From positions 8,000,001 to 8,064,000 of the forward strand of contig CM075997.1 of NCBI GenBank assembly GCA_038087875.1: a stretch of 64,000 nucleotides of DNA. The letters run 5' to 3'. How positions within the stretch are numbered: the first letter of the stretch is position 1; each line of letters begins with the position of its first letter. The stretch is from Malacoraja senta. Lineage: Eukaryota. The notes beneath the pieces are model-generated. The model had not been told where the DNA came from and ran no database searches. It saw only the letters and a list, made by a program, of their open reading frames with translations. Position numbers and translations under genes: made by a program. Shown in pieces: positions 63,835 to 64,000 of this stretch.

Positions 63835-63972
63835 ATGTATGGGAAGGAACTGCAGATGCTGGTTTAAACCGAAGATAGACACAAAATGCTGGAGTAACTC
63901 AGCTGCACAGGCGGCATCTCTGGACAGAAGGAATGGGTAACGTTTCGGCTTGAGACCCTTCCTCAGACTGAA
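63835..63972 (-). mobile_element. Penelope terminal repeat
   Basis: Minus strand cagtctgaggaagggtctcaagccgaaacgttaccc...; same unit as 4700-4892. Confidence 0.8.
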
Positions 63973-64000
63973 TTCTTCAGCCCTACCTGCAACTTTGGTA

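Overview
Eukaryotic vertebrate DNA, most likely a cartilaginous fish (skate/ray/shark), judged from HE1/V-SINE-like SINEs, HER1-like CR1 LINEs and Penelope elements; roughly three quarters is recognisable retroelement. The window holds the first three coding exons of NCKAP1L (HEM1) on the minus strand (54535-54630, 6529-6639, 3606-3698). Its ~48 kb first intron starts with a non-canonical GC donor and contains an intact, antisense, two-exon GPR139-like class A GPCR (34883-34967 + 36228-37126). The rest is nested CR1, L1, L2, Rex1/Babar and Penelope elements, several with readable target-site duplications (TSDs). Most notable: many Penelope-derived minimal hammerhead-ribozyme motifs, including a 96-bp solo unit; a three-copy ~0.8 kb non-coding GC-rich retroelement family with covarying hairpins and different LINE-type tails; a 1.14 kb insert flanked by a 108-bp direct repeat; and a CR1 ORF2 one base away from intact. 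Family names come from recalled motifs, not database searches. TE boundaries without a stated TSD are approximate.
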